Positions 19,238-29,205 of a stretch of DNA of 64,000 nucleotides are shown piece by piece. Location: contig JBGAJQ010000001.1 in the NCBI GenBank assembly GCA_044224875.1, positions 192,001 to 256,000 of the forward strand, written 5' to 3'. The notes below the pieces were generated by a model. The model ran no database searches. It was not told where the DNA came from and was given only the letters and a program-made list of their open reading frames with translations. The position numbers and the translations under genes are program-made. The stretch is from Gemmatimonadaceae bacterium. Lineage in GTDB: Bacteria > Gemmatimonadota > Gemmatimonadetes > Gemmatimonadales > Gemmatimonadaceae. Position 1 is the stretch's first letter. Each line of letters begins with the position of its first letter.

Positions 19238-20721
19238 CGGGCCGCGGGAACGCGGTCGTCGGCCGTTGTCGCCGAGGCGTCTCTATGCGGCGATTTCGTG
19301 CGTCCAATGATCCAATCGCAGTTGTAGAAGCGCGATAGGTTGTTCGCGTAAAAGCGGTAGCCAATGTTCGTTCCGAGACGAACTGGCCATGGAGCTGGCG
19401 AGGCTCGCAAGCGCCGCCAGATAGAGGAGTAACTGTAGGCATGGCGCCAGGCCGCCTCGATGCCCTCTTGCAGCTGTTGCACGCTCATATGGCGCGGTTG
19501 GAACACCACGTGCTGCCCGTCGTACAGTTCCCAGTCTCGCGTGAGGATTCGTCCCTCCGCATTCAAGCGATGGTAAAGGGGCGTGTTTGGGAACGGCGTG
19601 ACGACCGCGAAACGAGGGAGGTCGATCTTGGCCTGGACCGCGAACTCGGCGGTCTTGAGAAAGACATCCGGATGATCGTCGTCCAAGCCAAACACAAAGC
19701 ACCCTTGGAGTGCGATCCCGTGGGCGTGGAGTCGCTCCACGACGGTGGCGAATTTCTCCGGGCTGTTGAATCCCTTCCGCGTTCCTTTCAGGTTGGTCGT
19801 CGACATGGACTCCAAACCCATGAGGAGTCCTTTGCATCCGCTGCGCCCAGCCAGCTCCAACAGATCAGGATCATCCGCCAGCAGCACGGTGGAAAGGCCA
19901 TACCACTGCACCCCGAGTGGCACGAGTGCCGCAAAGAGCTGGCGCGCGTAGGTGCGATCGGAAATCAGGTTCAGGTCGACGAAGATCAACTTCTTCGCAC
20001 CATGTTGCCGGATGTCGGCGACCACTTCATCGACCGGCTTCTGCAACTGATGACGCCCCCATGCGGTGGGGACGACACAGAACTCACAGGCATGTGCACA
20101 GCCACGGGTCGCCTCGAACACGTTGTTCGTCAGAAAATGCTGGCTGGGCAGCAAGTCCCGCCGAGGAAATGGACGACCCGCCAGGTCCAAACCGGGTGAC
20201 TGCGCGTAACGCGGTTGCAGCGTGCCGCACGCGACATCTCGCAGCAACTGCGGCCAGCTATCCTCGGCGTATCCGACGACGACCGCGTCGGCGTGCGGCT
20301 GGGCGTCGTCCGGAATCAGCGTCACGTGCGGCCCACCGAGCACGACGATGACTCCGCGCTTTCGATAGTGATCCGCCAGCTCATAGGCACGGCGCGCCGT
20401 TCCCGTGATGACCGTCAATCCGACGACATCGGCCTGCAGGTTCATCGGAACGTCGGCGATTCCCTCGTCGTACAACACGACCTCATGTGGCAGGTCGCGA
20501 GGGATCAGGGACGCCAGCGTCGTCAGCGTGAGCGGCTGGTAGCGGAGCGACTTCTTCCAGATCCCCCCTCGATGACGGTAGAGGGGCCCCTTCGGGGAGA
20601 TCAACGCGATCCTGAGCGGCCGTGCGATAGAAATGGGGGCGTCTGGTAGCGGCACCTGTGCTCTCCACACGAGGGGGCGTCGGATCGATTCTACCGGTTG
20701 TACCACGCGTGGCAAGGGCAC
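19234..20721 (-). CDS. Cobalamin-binding radical SAM protein
   Basis: QPLTLTTLASL...VVLGGPHVT plus RGCAHACEFC and TPFPNTPLY. Confidence 0.92.
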   Translation of the reverse strand: MPLPRVVQPVESIRRPLVWRAQVPLPDAPISIARPLRIALISPKGPLYRHRGGIWKKSLRYQPLTLTTLASLIPRDLPHEVVLYDEGIADVPMNLQADVVGLTVITGTARRAYELADHYRKRGVIVVLGGPHVTLIPDDAQPHADAVVVGYAEDSWPQLLRDVACGTLQPRYAQSPGLDLAGRPFPRRDLLPSQHFLTNNVFEATRGCAHACEFCVVPTAWGRHQLQKPVDEVVADIRQHGAKKLIFVDLNLISDRTYARQLFAALVPLGVQWYGLSTVLLADDPDLLELAGRSGCKGLLMGLESMSTTNLKGTRKGFNSPEKFATVVERLHAHGIALQGCFVFGLDDDHPDVFLKTAEFAVQAKIDLPRFAVVTPFPNTPLYHRLNAEGRILTRDWELYDGQHVVFQPRHMSVQQLQEGIEAAWRHAYSYSSIWRRLRASPAPWPVRLGTNIGYRFYANNLSRFYNCDWIIGRTKSPHRDASATTADDRVPAAR

Positions 20722-20901
20722 GCCACGCCGAGGATCCGGATGTGATCCCGATGCTACACGACGATGGGGAGAGTGTTTCCTGCATCACGCGGAGTACCGC
20801 GGCGGCGTCGGAAGCCTAACGATTACTCGATGGCGTCGCCGGGTGACCATGCCCCCTGGGCGCTGCACACACTGGCCACTCACGGACCGGGGGGCGCCAC
20901 A

Positions 20902-20931
20902 CGTCGGGCAACGAGGGTCCGTTGCCCGACG
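20902..20931 (-). terminator. 12-bp stem hairpin after the 20949 gene
   Basis: CGTCGGGCAACG-AGGGTC-CGTTGCCCGACG; U-tract is weak. Confidence 0.5.
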
Positions 20932-20948
20932 GGCTCGGGCCAGCGACG

Positions 20949-21398
20949 CTAGCGCACCGGTGTCAACAGCAACGCGATCAACGCGCCGACGGCCGCACCA
21001 CCCAACGGGGCGATCACCATGCCCACCGAGAGCATACAGTCACCGTTGCAGGTGGCGGCGGCAAGTACGCCACCGGCAGCTGCACCAATGCCAGCACCGA
21101 TCAACACATTGCGCCCGCGATGCGAGCTCCCCGGTTCAAACGCCGGCTCCAGAGCGTTCATCGTCCACGACGCCACCGCCGCTTCATCGGCGAGCCGCAA
21201 CGCTGGCCGGAACGAACCGCGCGGAATCGTTGGCCCCACTGCCGCTGGTGCTGATGCTTGTCGTGCATCGGCGCTGGTGGTCGTTGCCCCGGTCGCGCTC
21301 CTGAGCGGTCCGGGATCGGTCGGTGAGTTCTGTGCGCGAACCACAGATGCCGACGCCACGACCGCAACGACCAGGATCCGCACGCAAAGGGTGTTCAT
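20949..21398 (-). CDS. Hypothetical exported/membrane protein with glycine-zipper C-terminus
   Basis: Signal-like MNTLCVRILVVAVVASASVVRAQ; GAGIGAAAGG...GGAAVGALI. Confidence 0.6.
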   Translation of the reverse strand: MNTLCVRILVVAVVASASVVRAQNSPTDPGPLRSATGATTTSADARQASAPAAVGPTIPRGSFRPALRLADEAAVASWTMNALEPAFEPGSSHRGRNVLIGAGIGAAAGGVLAAATCNGDCMLSVGMVIAPLGGAAVGALIALLLTPVR

Positions 21399-21402
21399 GG
21401 GT

Positions 21403-23133
21403 TCACCAGCAGGTTGGACAGTTATAGGGATCCCGCACCAACACGTTCTTGGAGACGGTGCGGCTGGAGCCATCACTATTATCTCGCACCGTCACACTGA
21501 GAGTGAGCGTGTACTCCTGCATTCCCGGCGTAACGGTCAGCGCCCGCGAAATCGTTGGCGTTACTTCACCTGTGCTCCATTGATACGAGACGTTCCAGCT
21601 GGGGGCCGCCGCTTGCCAGGCCGTCCAGCTATACGTTCGCGTCCCATAGGTTTGCACGAGGTCCGTGCCCTTGATTCCCGTCGCACACACGGCGTCCACC
21701 ACACACAGTGCATTGGGCGATCCCCAGCCAATGACCGGGCTCCGATACCCGGTCGGTGCTGCGGCATATGAGAGCGACGTGAGGAGTTGGTCGCGGGTGT
21801 AACTGGGGTGTAGCGAGAGGGCCAGCGCCGAGAGACCCGCCAACACACCCACGGCGTTCGACGACCCGGCGAACCCCGCCAGCTGCGTTCCGAGACTCGC
21901 CAGTCCGGAAACTGGTTGGTCCGCGTACGCGGCGAAGTCGACGGCGGGCCCATAATGCGCGTTACAGGCAATCGCCCCGCTCTTGTCCAGCGCCGTCACG
22001 GTTGTCACCGTAGGCTCGCTGCCCGGGAAGGTGACCGTGCCTCGCAGTGGATCCCAGCACGTACTCGTACCTGCCGCCGCCAGCAGCAACTTGTCGTTCG
22101 CATACCAGTACGACAACTCGTCCGAAATCGTCTGGTAAAAGCCGATGGTACCGAAGGCCATCGCCACGATCTTGGCGCGCTGCGCGGCCCAACGGATCCC
22201 GTCGCGCGTTGCCGATACGTTCGACAGGTACACGTCATCGTCCACGCGAACGGTGTACAGGTTTGCGGCCCACGCGACACCCAGGATGGCCTTGCCGTTC
22301 CGCGGACTGCCAATGACGCTCGCCATCCGCGTTCCGTGACCACAGTCGTCTTGCCAGACGTACGGACCCTTGGCGTAGCTGGCGGCAGCCTTCACGAAGG
22401 TCCTCCCACCGCTCATCCCGGTGGCGAAGTCCTGGTTCAACTCCGGCTGATAGTAGTCCAACCCAGTGTCCACGATGCCCACGGTAACACCCGCGCCACC
22501 GGGAACACGGCCCCATGCCGCCGGAATGTTCATCAGGTTGTAGTTCCACGGCACCAAGTCGCCCGGGGAGATGATCGTGTTCCCCGTCGGCCCAGCGTAA
22601 CCTCCGACCGAACACCCGGATTCAAGGGACATCCAAAGCGTTTCGCGATTGCGGTCGACAAAGGACCCGGGTTCCACAAAGGACACGTGCGCATTGCCAC
22701 GAAGGGCGTGAAGCGCCTGAATGCTCCCCACACGCACGCGCAGGTTTGGCAGGAGCGTATCCGCCGCAACGAGGGACACGTCGGCCACTCGTTCAACGGC
22801 CTTCTGGGCCAGATCGCGCTCTTCACGCGACAACAGCACGCGCCCGTTCGCCATGCCATGAGGCAGCCCCGGGCGCCTCAATCCCACCTGCGCAAAACGG
22901 TTCGACTTCGTGATCTCCTTCCACAACTCGCTGTCCGATACCTCACTCCAGTGCACAAGCCCGTCTCGAGACTGGTTGAGGCTGACGGAAGCGGACGGTG
23001 GCGGGGTGTTGCTCGATTCGGGCCGACCAGCCGGGACGACGGGGTCGTCGCCACAGGCGATGAGCGCGAAGCTGCCGGCACCAGCGAGCGCGAGCCGGCG
23101 GATGGAGATGGACGTACTGCGTGGAAGTATCAT
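21403..23133 (-). CDS. S8 (subtilase) serine peptidase, lipoprotein
   Basis: Lipobox ALIAC; triad motifs VGIVDTG, GHGTRMAS, AGSSNA; GAGG RBS before ATG 23133. Confidence 0.85.
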   Translation of the reverse strand: MILPRSTSISIRRLALAGAGSFALIACGDDPVVPAGRPESSNTPPPSASVSLNQSRDGLVHWSEVSDSELWKEITKSNRFAQVGLRRPGLPHGMANGRVLLSREERDLAQKAVERVADVSLVAADTLLPNLRVRVGSIQALHALRGNAHVSFVEPGSFVDRNRETLWMSLESGCSVGGYAGPTGNTIISPGDLVPWNYNLMNIPAAWGRVPGGAGVTVGIVDTGLDYYQPELNQDFATGMSGGRTFVKAAASYAKGPYVWQDDCGHGTRMASVIGSPRNGKAILGVAWAANLYTVRVDDDVYLSNVSATRDGIRWAAQRAKIVAMAFGTIGFYQTISDELSYWYANDKLLLAAAGTSTCWDPLRGTVTFPGSEPTVTTVTALDKSGAIACNAHYGPAVDFAAYADQPVSGLASLGTQLAGFAGSSNAVGVLAGLSALALSLHPSYTRDQLLTSLSYAAAPTGYRSPVIGWGSPNALCVVDAVCATGIKGTDLVQTYGTRTYSWTAWQAAAPSWNVSYQWSTGEVTPTISRALTVTPGMQEYTLTLSVTVRDNSDGSSRTVSKNVLVRDPYNCPTCW

Positions 23134-23452
23134 TGCTGCACCTCTGTGGTAGTGGTGGTGCAGCCGCCGGCTCGACTGCGTGATACGAATTCCACGTACC
23201 ACGTGATGAGGTGCATGACCGATTCATCGCGCCGAGCATCCCGGCATTGCAGTTCGGGGTGATCGTTCGCCACTCGGTCGTGGCATCGCGCGGGTGACGT
23301 CATGTGCAGCGACTCGCAGCTGACTCGTGCCGAGCGACGAGTGGACGCGCGAACGAGGGAGTACGGGCACCGCGTGCCAAGCGGTGCGATGCCGGCGGCG
23401 TTAGATTGCCTCCCCGCCCGCTGAACATTCCCCTCGCACCCGATTCCCCGCC

Positions 23453-25129
23453 GTGGCTCCACAGTTCATTTACGTCATGAAGGGCCTGACGAAGGTCGTT
23501 CCGCCTTCCCGGGTCATCCTGAACGACATCTGGCTCTCGTTCTATCCCGGCGCCAAAATCGGCGTCCTTGGCGCCAATGGCGCCGGCAAGTCATCGCTGC
23601 TTCGCATCATGGCCGGCCTCGATCACGACTACAACGGCGAAGCATGGGCCGCGCAAGGCACACGGGTCGGTTTCCTCCCACAGGAACCGCAGCTCGATGC
23701 GGTGCTGGACGTACGTGGGAACGTCGAACTCGCCGTGAAGGACCAACGCGCCCTGCTCGACAGGTTCAACGCCATCTCCATGGCGTTCGGTGAGCCAATG
23801 AGCGACGACCAGATGCAGAAGCTCCTCGACGAACAGTCACGCGTGCAAGAGCGCATCGACGCACTGGACCTCTGGAACCTCGACAACAAGATCGAGGTCG
23901 CCATGGATGCCCTTCGCCTCCCACCCGCCGACGCCGACGTCACCAGGCTCTCCGGCGGCGAACGACGGCGTGTCGCACTCTGTCGCATCCTGCTCGAACA
24001 GCCTGACATGTTGCTGCTGGACGAACCCACCAACCACCTGGATGCCGAGTCGGTGGCCTGGCTCGAACACCACTTGGCAGAATTTCCAGGAACCGTGGTC
24101 GCCATTACGCATGACCGGTACTTCCTCGACAACGTCGCCAAGTGGATCCTCGAGCTGGATCGCGGCAGTGGCATCCCGTACGAAGGCAATTACTCCAGCT
24201 GGCTGGACCAGAAGCGCACTCGCATGGCGCAGGAGGAGAAAATCGCCAGCGCTCGCCAACGGACGCTCGAACGCGAACTCGAATGGGTGCGTATGGCGCC
24301 CCGCGCTCGGCAGGCCAAGAACAAGGCGCGCATTCAGAAGTACGAAGAACTGGCCAGTGAGCAGCAGCAGGAACGTGTCACGCAGAACGAGATCATCATT
24401 CCGCCGGCACCACGCCTTGGAAACGACGTGGTGATCGCCGACAAGTTGAAGAAGGGGTATGGTGACAACCTACTCTTCGACAATGTCACCTTCTCGCTGC
24501 CGCGTGGCGGCATCGTGGGGATCATTGGACCGAACGGCGCCGGCAAGACGACACTCTTCCGGCTGATCACGGGCACCGAGAAACCAGATGGCGGCAGCCT
24601 GAAGGTTGGTGAGACCGTCTCTATTTCGTATGGGGATCAATCACGCACACTGGACGGCAAGCGAACGTTGTACGAGGAACTCTCCGGTGGACAAGAGACC
24701 CTGACGATCGGGAAGCGCGAAATCAATGCGCGTGCCTATTGTGCGTCGTTTGGCTTCAAGGGTTCCGATCAGCAGAAGCTCACCGCCAACCTTTCCGGAG
24801 GCGAACGAAACCGGTTGCACCTGGCGAAGACCCTCCTCACCGGCGGCAACCTGCTGCTGCTGGACGAACCCACCAACGACCTGGACGTCGACACCCTCCG
24901 TGCGCTCGAGGACGCCGTCCTCGACTTCGCCGGATGTGCCGTGATCATCTCGCACGATCGCTGGTTCCTGGACCGCGTCGCAACCCACATCCTCGCCTTC
25001 GAGGGTGACTCCGAAGTCGTGTGGTTCGAAGGGAACTACGAGGCCTATATCGAGGACTTGAAACGTCGGAAAGGCCCGGACGCCGACCAGCCGCACCGCA
25101 TCAAGTACAAGAAGCTCGTGCGTTCGTAA
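23453..25129 (+). CDS. ettA: Energy-dependent translational throttle ABC-F protein EttA/ChvD
   Basis: LSFYPGAKIGVLGANGAGKS, two ABC cassettes, RELEWVR linker, PHRIKYKKL tail. Confidence 0.95.
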   Translation: MAPQFIYVMKGLTKVVPPSRVILNDIWLSFYPGAKIGVLGANGAGKSSLLRIMAGLDHDYNGEAWAAQGTRVGFLPQEPQLDAVLDVRGNVELAVKDQRALLDRFNAISMAFGEPMSDDQMQKLLDEQSRVQERIDALDLWNLDNKIEVAMDALRLPPADADVTRLSGGERRRVALCRILLEQPDMLLLDEPTNHLDAESVAWLEHHLAEFPGTVVAITHDRYFLDNVAKWILELDRGSGIPYEGNYSSWLDQKRTRMAQEEKIASARQRTLERELEWVRMAPRARQAKNKARIQKYEELASEQQQERVTQNEIIIPPAPRLGNDVVIADKLKKGYGDNLLFDNVTFSLPRGGIVGIIGPNGAGKTTLFRLITGTEKPDGGSLKVGETVSISYGDQSRTLDGKRTLYEELSGGQETLTIGKREINARAYCASFGFKGSDQQKLTANLSGGERNRLHLAKTLLTGGNLLLLDEPTNDLDVDTLRALEDAVLDFAGCAVIISHDRWFLDRVATHILAFEGDSEVVWFEGNYEAYIEDLKRRKGPDADQPHRIKYKKLVRS

Positions 25130-25223
25130 GCCACCGGTCCTTGTCTTCTACCTTGTGTTGGTCTCAGCGACGTCGTAGCCTCTGATGTCGGCACTCGCTC
25201 CGCATTTCATCCAAGGAAGATCC

Positions 25224-26015
25224 ATGCGTACTCGACTGGCGCAGGCGTCATTTCTCGCCTTCCTTCTCGCCCCGGCCGCCGTCTCGGCTCAGTCACTCCC
25301 GTTCTTGTTCGTCGACGGACCGTCGTTCACCACGCGCCCACGTACCCAGCTTCAATACGACGCATCGTACGGCGACCGCAGCCTGCAATCGGTCGATGGC
25401 ACAGGTGTCATGCACCGGCTGGTCGCTGGAATCCGAGTTTCGCCGAGTCTCGTCGCCTTGGCGCGAGTCGAGACAACACCGTTGGAGGACGGTCAGGGTC
25501 TCTCGGAGCAAGTCGAGTTGAATTGGCAGCCGTCAGCTGCAACTCAGCGCGCCACGCCGTTCGCAGTCGCTGTCGGCGCCCGGCGCGAGTGGCAGGGGAC
25601 GGCGGTTCTTCTCGCCAATGCCGGGATCGCGCACGACTTTGGCAAGTCCCTCGTCGGCGCGCAGCTTCGCGCCGAACGACCGCTCAGCTCAGGACGGGAT
25701 GCCATCGACCTGATCACCTCGGCGGGCTGGTCCATGCGCGTGTCCTCCATTGGACGACTGGGCGTCGAAGCGATCGGGCAGGATCTCGAGGGCTTCTGGA
25801 GCACCGAAGAAGCCGAAGGCGGCGCCACGCTATACGCTGGACCGTCACTGGCCCTCGCGCCCCAAGGCGCCCACTGGGCATTTGTACTCGGAGGCGGTCC
25901 CGTGCTTCGCGCCACTCACAGTACGCGCAACAGCGGCGCGCCGCGCGACGTGGTCATCGATCGAAGTCGCGGCTACCTATTGCAAACTTCCTTCCGAATG
26001 CTGGTCGGGCGCTGA
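25224..26015 (+). CDS. Hypothetical exported protein (possible outer-membrane beta-barrel)
   Basis: Signal peptide MRTRLAQ...AVSAQ; amphipathic beta pattern; QDLEGFW..EEAEGGA. Confidence 0.65.
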   Translation: MRTRLAQASFLAFLLAPAAVSAQSLPFLFVDGPSFTTRPRTQLQYDASYGDRSLQSVDGTGVMHRLVAGIRVSPSLVALARVETTPLEDGQGLSEQVELNWQPSAATQRATPFAVAVGARREWQGTAVLLANAGIAHDFGKSLVGAQLRAERPLSSGRDAIDLITSAGWSMRVSSIGRLGVEAIGQDLEGFWSTEEAEGGATLYAGPSLALAPQGAHWAFVLGGGPVLRATHSTRNSGAPRDVVIDRSRGYLLQTSFRMLVGR

Positions 26016-26034
26016 CGCTGCGGCGTCTGTCGTT

Positions 26035-26601
26035 CTACCAGAAATAGCGACGCCACCCCACAATGTGGCGCTGTTCCATCCGCTGGTGCATGTGCCAGTA
26101 GATCAGGAACCCGCTGACGGTCATGGCGGCGAGCGCTAGTCCCCAGAACATCGCTACCACCAAGCCGCCGTCACCGAATGCCTCCCCACTGTGCAGGCGT
26201 GTGAGGAACGGCTTGTCGACGTAGGCGTCCTCCTTCAGTAGCTCACCTGTCATCGCCTGCACCACGAATCGCCGGTCTTCTCCGCCCGTTGGTTTGCCCG
26301 TGAAGAACGTGATGGTCGGTTGATCGCCCTTGAACTCGAATGTGATCTTGTCGACCGGTGCACCAGGCGCCTTGGCCGCCATGGTCGCGAAAGCCTTGGT
26401 AAGAGGGCCCACGTACATCTGGCTCGACGCCTGCGTCGTTACTGGGCTCACTACGTCGCGTAGCGCCTCGCGCTTTGACTCCTCTTCACCGAAGAACTCA
26501 GTGAAGGCGACCATCACACCGGTCACGGCAACGAATGCGAGCAATACCGCAGCTGGCAGCCCGATCCACCGGTGCCACTTTCGCCAAAACGGAACGTTCA
26601 C
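26035..26601 (-). CDS. PepSY-associated TM helix protein
   Basis: WRKWHRWIGL, LTRLHSG, SGFLIYW. Confidence 0.85.
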   Translation of the reverse strand: MNVPFWRKWHRWIGLPAAVLLAFVAVTGVMVAFTEFFGEEESKREALRDVVSPVTTQASSQMYVGPLTKAFATMAAKAPGAPVDKITFEFKGDQPTITFFTGKPTGGEDRRFVVQAMTGELLKEDAYVDKPFLTRLHSGEAFGDGGLVVAMFWGLALAAMTVSGFLIYWHMHQRMEQRHIVGWRRYFW

Positions 26602-26941
26602 GGAACAACCTCAGGAAATGATTTGTGCGATTCGGCCCGGTATCCGGCCGCAGACCCGGAAACGGTATCGGCGTGTACCCCACCTGTCGAGGCGGGGGTA
26701 TGATCCCCGCCTCGTCAGCACGGTGCCAGGGCGACACTGTCGATCCGCGGACCCGAACCGGCATCGCCAAACGTCGCTGCACGACGCGACGGAGGTAGTT
26801 GGCTAGCCCGTCAGGACGAGCGTCCCTCTCGGCTGATCCGACGCTCTCGCACAAATCTTGGGTCTGCCGCGTTGGCGTTCTCATTGACCCAAATAACTCG
26901 CGTTTGGCCCGACCTGCCTTGCCCGTTCGCGCACTGCGGGT

Positions 26942-27838
26942 ATGATGAAGCTGATGACCGGGCCCCTCTCACCCACGGCGTTCGCCACCGCAACCGTTGT
27001 CCGTCGCCCACAGGACGACGAGATCGACGCGTATGGCGTCTCGGACCGCGGCAAGGTGCGCGAGCGGAACGAAGATCACTTCCTGCTTTGTTCTGTGCAC
27101 AAAGTGATGCGTGTGCGAGGTACCTCGCTGCCGATGCCCAGCGAGCTTGAGCATCCCGGAGGCCGCCTGGCCACGATCGGCATGGTGGCCGACGGCGTTG
27201 GTGGTGGACGTGGTGGGGAAGAAGCGAGTCGCGCGGCGGTGGAGTCGTTGGCGGACTACGTGACGAACATGACGCAGTGCATTTACACGGCGGATCCTAA
27301 CGTTGCCGACCATTTCGCCGAGGTGCTGCGGGACGCGGCGCGTCGTACGCACGAGGCGGTGGTCGCCAGGGGACGCCAGACGCCATCCCTCGCAGGCATG
27401 GCCACCACGCTCACCTTGTGCATCGGTGTGTGGCCGATCCTATACGTCCTGCATGTGGGGGACAGCCGCTGTTACCAGCTGGTCGATGGGACGTTGGTGC
27501 AGCTGACGAAAGATCAGACCTTGGCACAGCAGCTGGTGGACAGCGGCGTCCTGTCGCCCGAGGAGGCCGCGAAGACGCGACTCGCGCATGTGCTCTCCAG
27601 TGCCATCGGTGGCGAAGCGTCGCCGGTCGTCACCGTGCATGCGATTCGTCCAGGCGCGGTGACGCTGCTCTGCACCGATGGTCTCACCAAGCACGTGAGT
27701 GACGCGCGGATTCGCGACCGACTCGTGAACATGACGTCCGCGCAGCAGGTGTGCACGGATCTCCTGCAGGACGCGTTGAACGGCGGCGGCACGGACAACA
27801 TCACGATCGTGGTGGCCCGAGCGATACAAAGGGCGTAG
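26942..27838 (+). CDS. PP2C-family Ser/Thr protein phosphatase
   Basis: RERNED, VADGVGG, HVGDSRCY, LLCTDGL, GGTDNIT. Confidence 0.93.
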   Translation: MMKLMTGPLSPTAFATATVVRRPQDDEIDAYGVSDRGKVRERNEDHFLLCSVHKVMRVRGTSLPMPSELEHPGGRLATIGMVADGVGGGRGGEEASRAAVESLADYVTNMTQCIYTADPNVADHFAEVLRDAARRTHEAVVARGRQTPSLAGMATTLTLCIGVWPILYVLHVGDSRCYQLVDGTLVQLTKDQTLAQQLVDSGVLSPEEAAKTRLAHVLSSAIGGEASPVVTVHAIRPGAVTLLCTDGLTKHVSDARIRDRLVNMTSAQQVCTDLLQDALNGGGTDNITIVVARAIQRA

Positions 27839-27871
27839 GTCGCCGCGTCTCACTTAATTCATCGTACAGCA

Positions 27872-29205
27872 CTAGCGCTCCGTTGCCAGCGCCAGGATGA
27901 GGCGCGACAGGGCGGACGCGTCTCGCAGGTCCAGCACTTCCCCCGGAGAGTGCGAGTAGCGCCCCGGCCACGACAAGCTGACGTTCGGTGCGCCATAGAG
28001 CGCAATGGCCGAGCCGTCCGTGGCGCCATGCGTGGTGCCCAACTGCACGGGGATCCTGTTGACACGAGCCACACGCATCACGCGATCGCGCTCTTCCTGC
28101 GGCGAGACGGCCCCGTCGTCTAGTCCGCGCAACACCACGCCGCGGCCTAACGGAGCAAGCGCGAAGGTCGGCAGTTCCAACGGCGTATCGCTGGAAACAA
28201 ACGTGTCTATACTATAGATACGCGACAGGGAGGTCCCGGCGGTTGCCGCAAAGGCGCGTGCCCCATTCAGCCCGCCTTCTTCGCGAACGCTCCAGACAAA
28301 CAGGACCTTGTGCGTCAACAGCGACGGCACGAGGCCTTGGATCGCCAGCAGCAAAGCCGTAGATCCCGTGCGATCGTCGCTGCCGCGACCGGTAATCCGG
28401 GTGCCCGCCAGTCGGTCACCGCGTTTGTACGCCGTAACGCTGAGCCCCGGTCGTACACCTCGGGCCACCAACTGCGAGGAGTCCAGACCGAACCATCCCG
28501 TCAGGTTCACCGGCGCCTTCACCCGCGCCGAGTCGCGCGGAACAAACACCCCGCGAAGGGGCTCGGCGACAGCACCACCTGCTGTCGCCTCGAGGTGAAG
28601 GTAGGCAGGCTCTCCCTCCCACGCGTGGATCACAACGCCGCCCCGGCGTCCCAACGTGACCTGCCCGTCCGGCAATATGCGCTCCACCTCAAAGGCCACT
28701 TCGTCCATGTGCGCCATGAAGACCACCGAATCGCGCTCCGGACCAGCCGCTACGATCAGGTTTCCGGCGGTATCGACGGTGGCAGCCTGACGAGCCCATG
28801 CCGGCAACGCCTGCGTAATGGCGTCCCGGACGCGTGCCTCATGGCCGGGGGCACCAGGAAGGTTGGCCAGCGCGAGGAACTGGCGCTCGAATGCAGCGTA
28901 TTCGTCGGTACGCGACGTCAATCGCTGCGTGGTATCTGTTCGGAGACGGATCCACGGCGCGCCGCCTAACGACACAGCGCCACGTTGGACGATCCGCTCC
29001 AGCAGTCGGCGGACATCCGACGCGTGAACGGACTCGACGAAGCTCCCCGCGTAGCGCGCTGGGGGCGCCAGCACCAGCGCGTCCGGGCGGTTGAACACCC
29101 GAGACACGCCGGCCGGCAACCGGCGTGTCTCGACGGCGGCGTCCATCCCGGCGCCCCCGCGAGCGTCCACGAGCGTCAACTCGTCGACGGAACCCAGCCG
29201 CGCCG
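27872..29205 (-). pseudogene. M42/M20/M28-family metallopeptidase, apparently 5'-truncated
   Basis: AHMDE, DDRTG, REEGGL, IDTFVSSD, YSHSPGE motifs; frame runs up to a stop near 29222 with no good RBS/start. Confidence 0.65.

Noticed and set aside
20722..20948. RiPP precursor peptide or cobalamin riboswitch upstream of the radical SAM operon
   Set aside because: The only candidate ORF (20483-20788) overlaps the rSAM gene, and I could not identify B12-box motifs by eye. An Rfam scan would settle the riboswitch question.
28985..29199. N-terminal part of the 490-aa hydrolase ORF
   Set aside because: It is the antisense of the peptidase coding region, not a plausible N-terminus.
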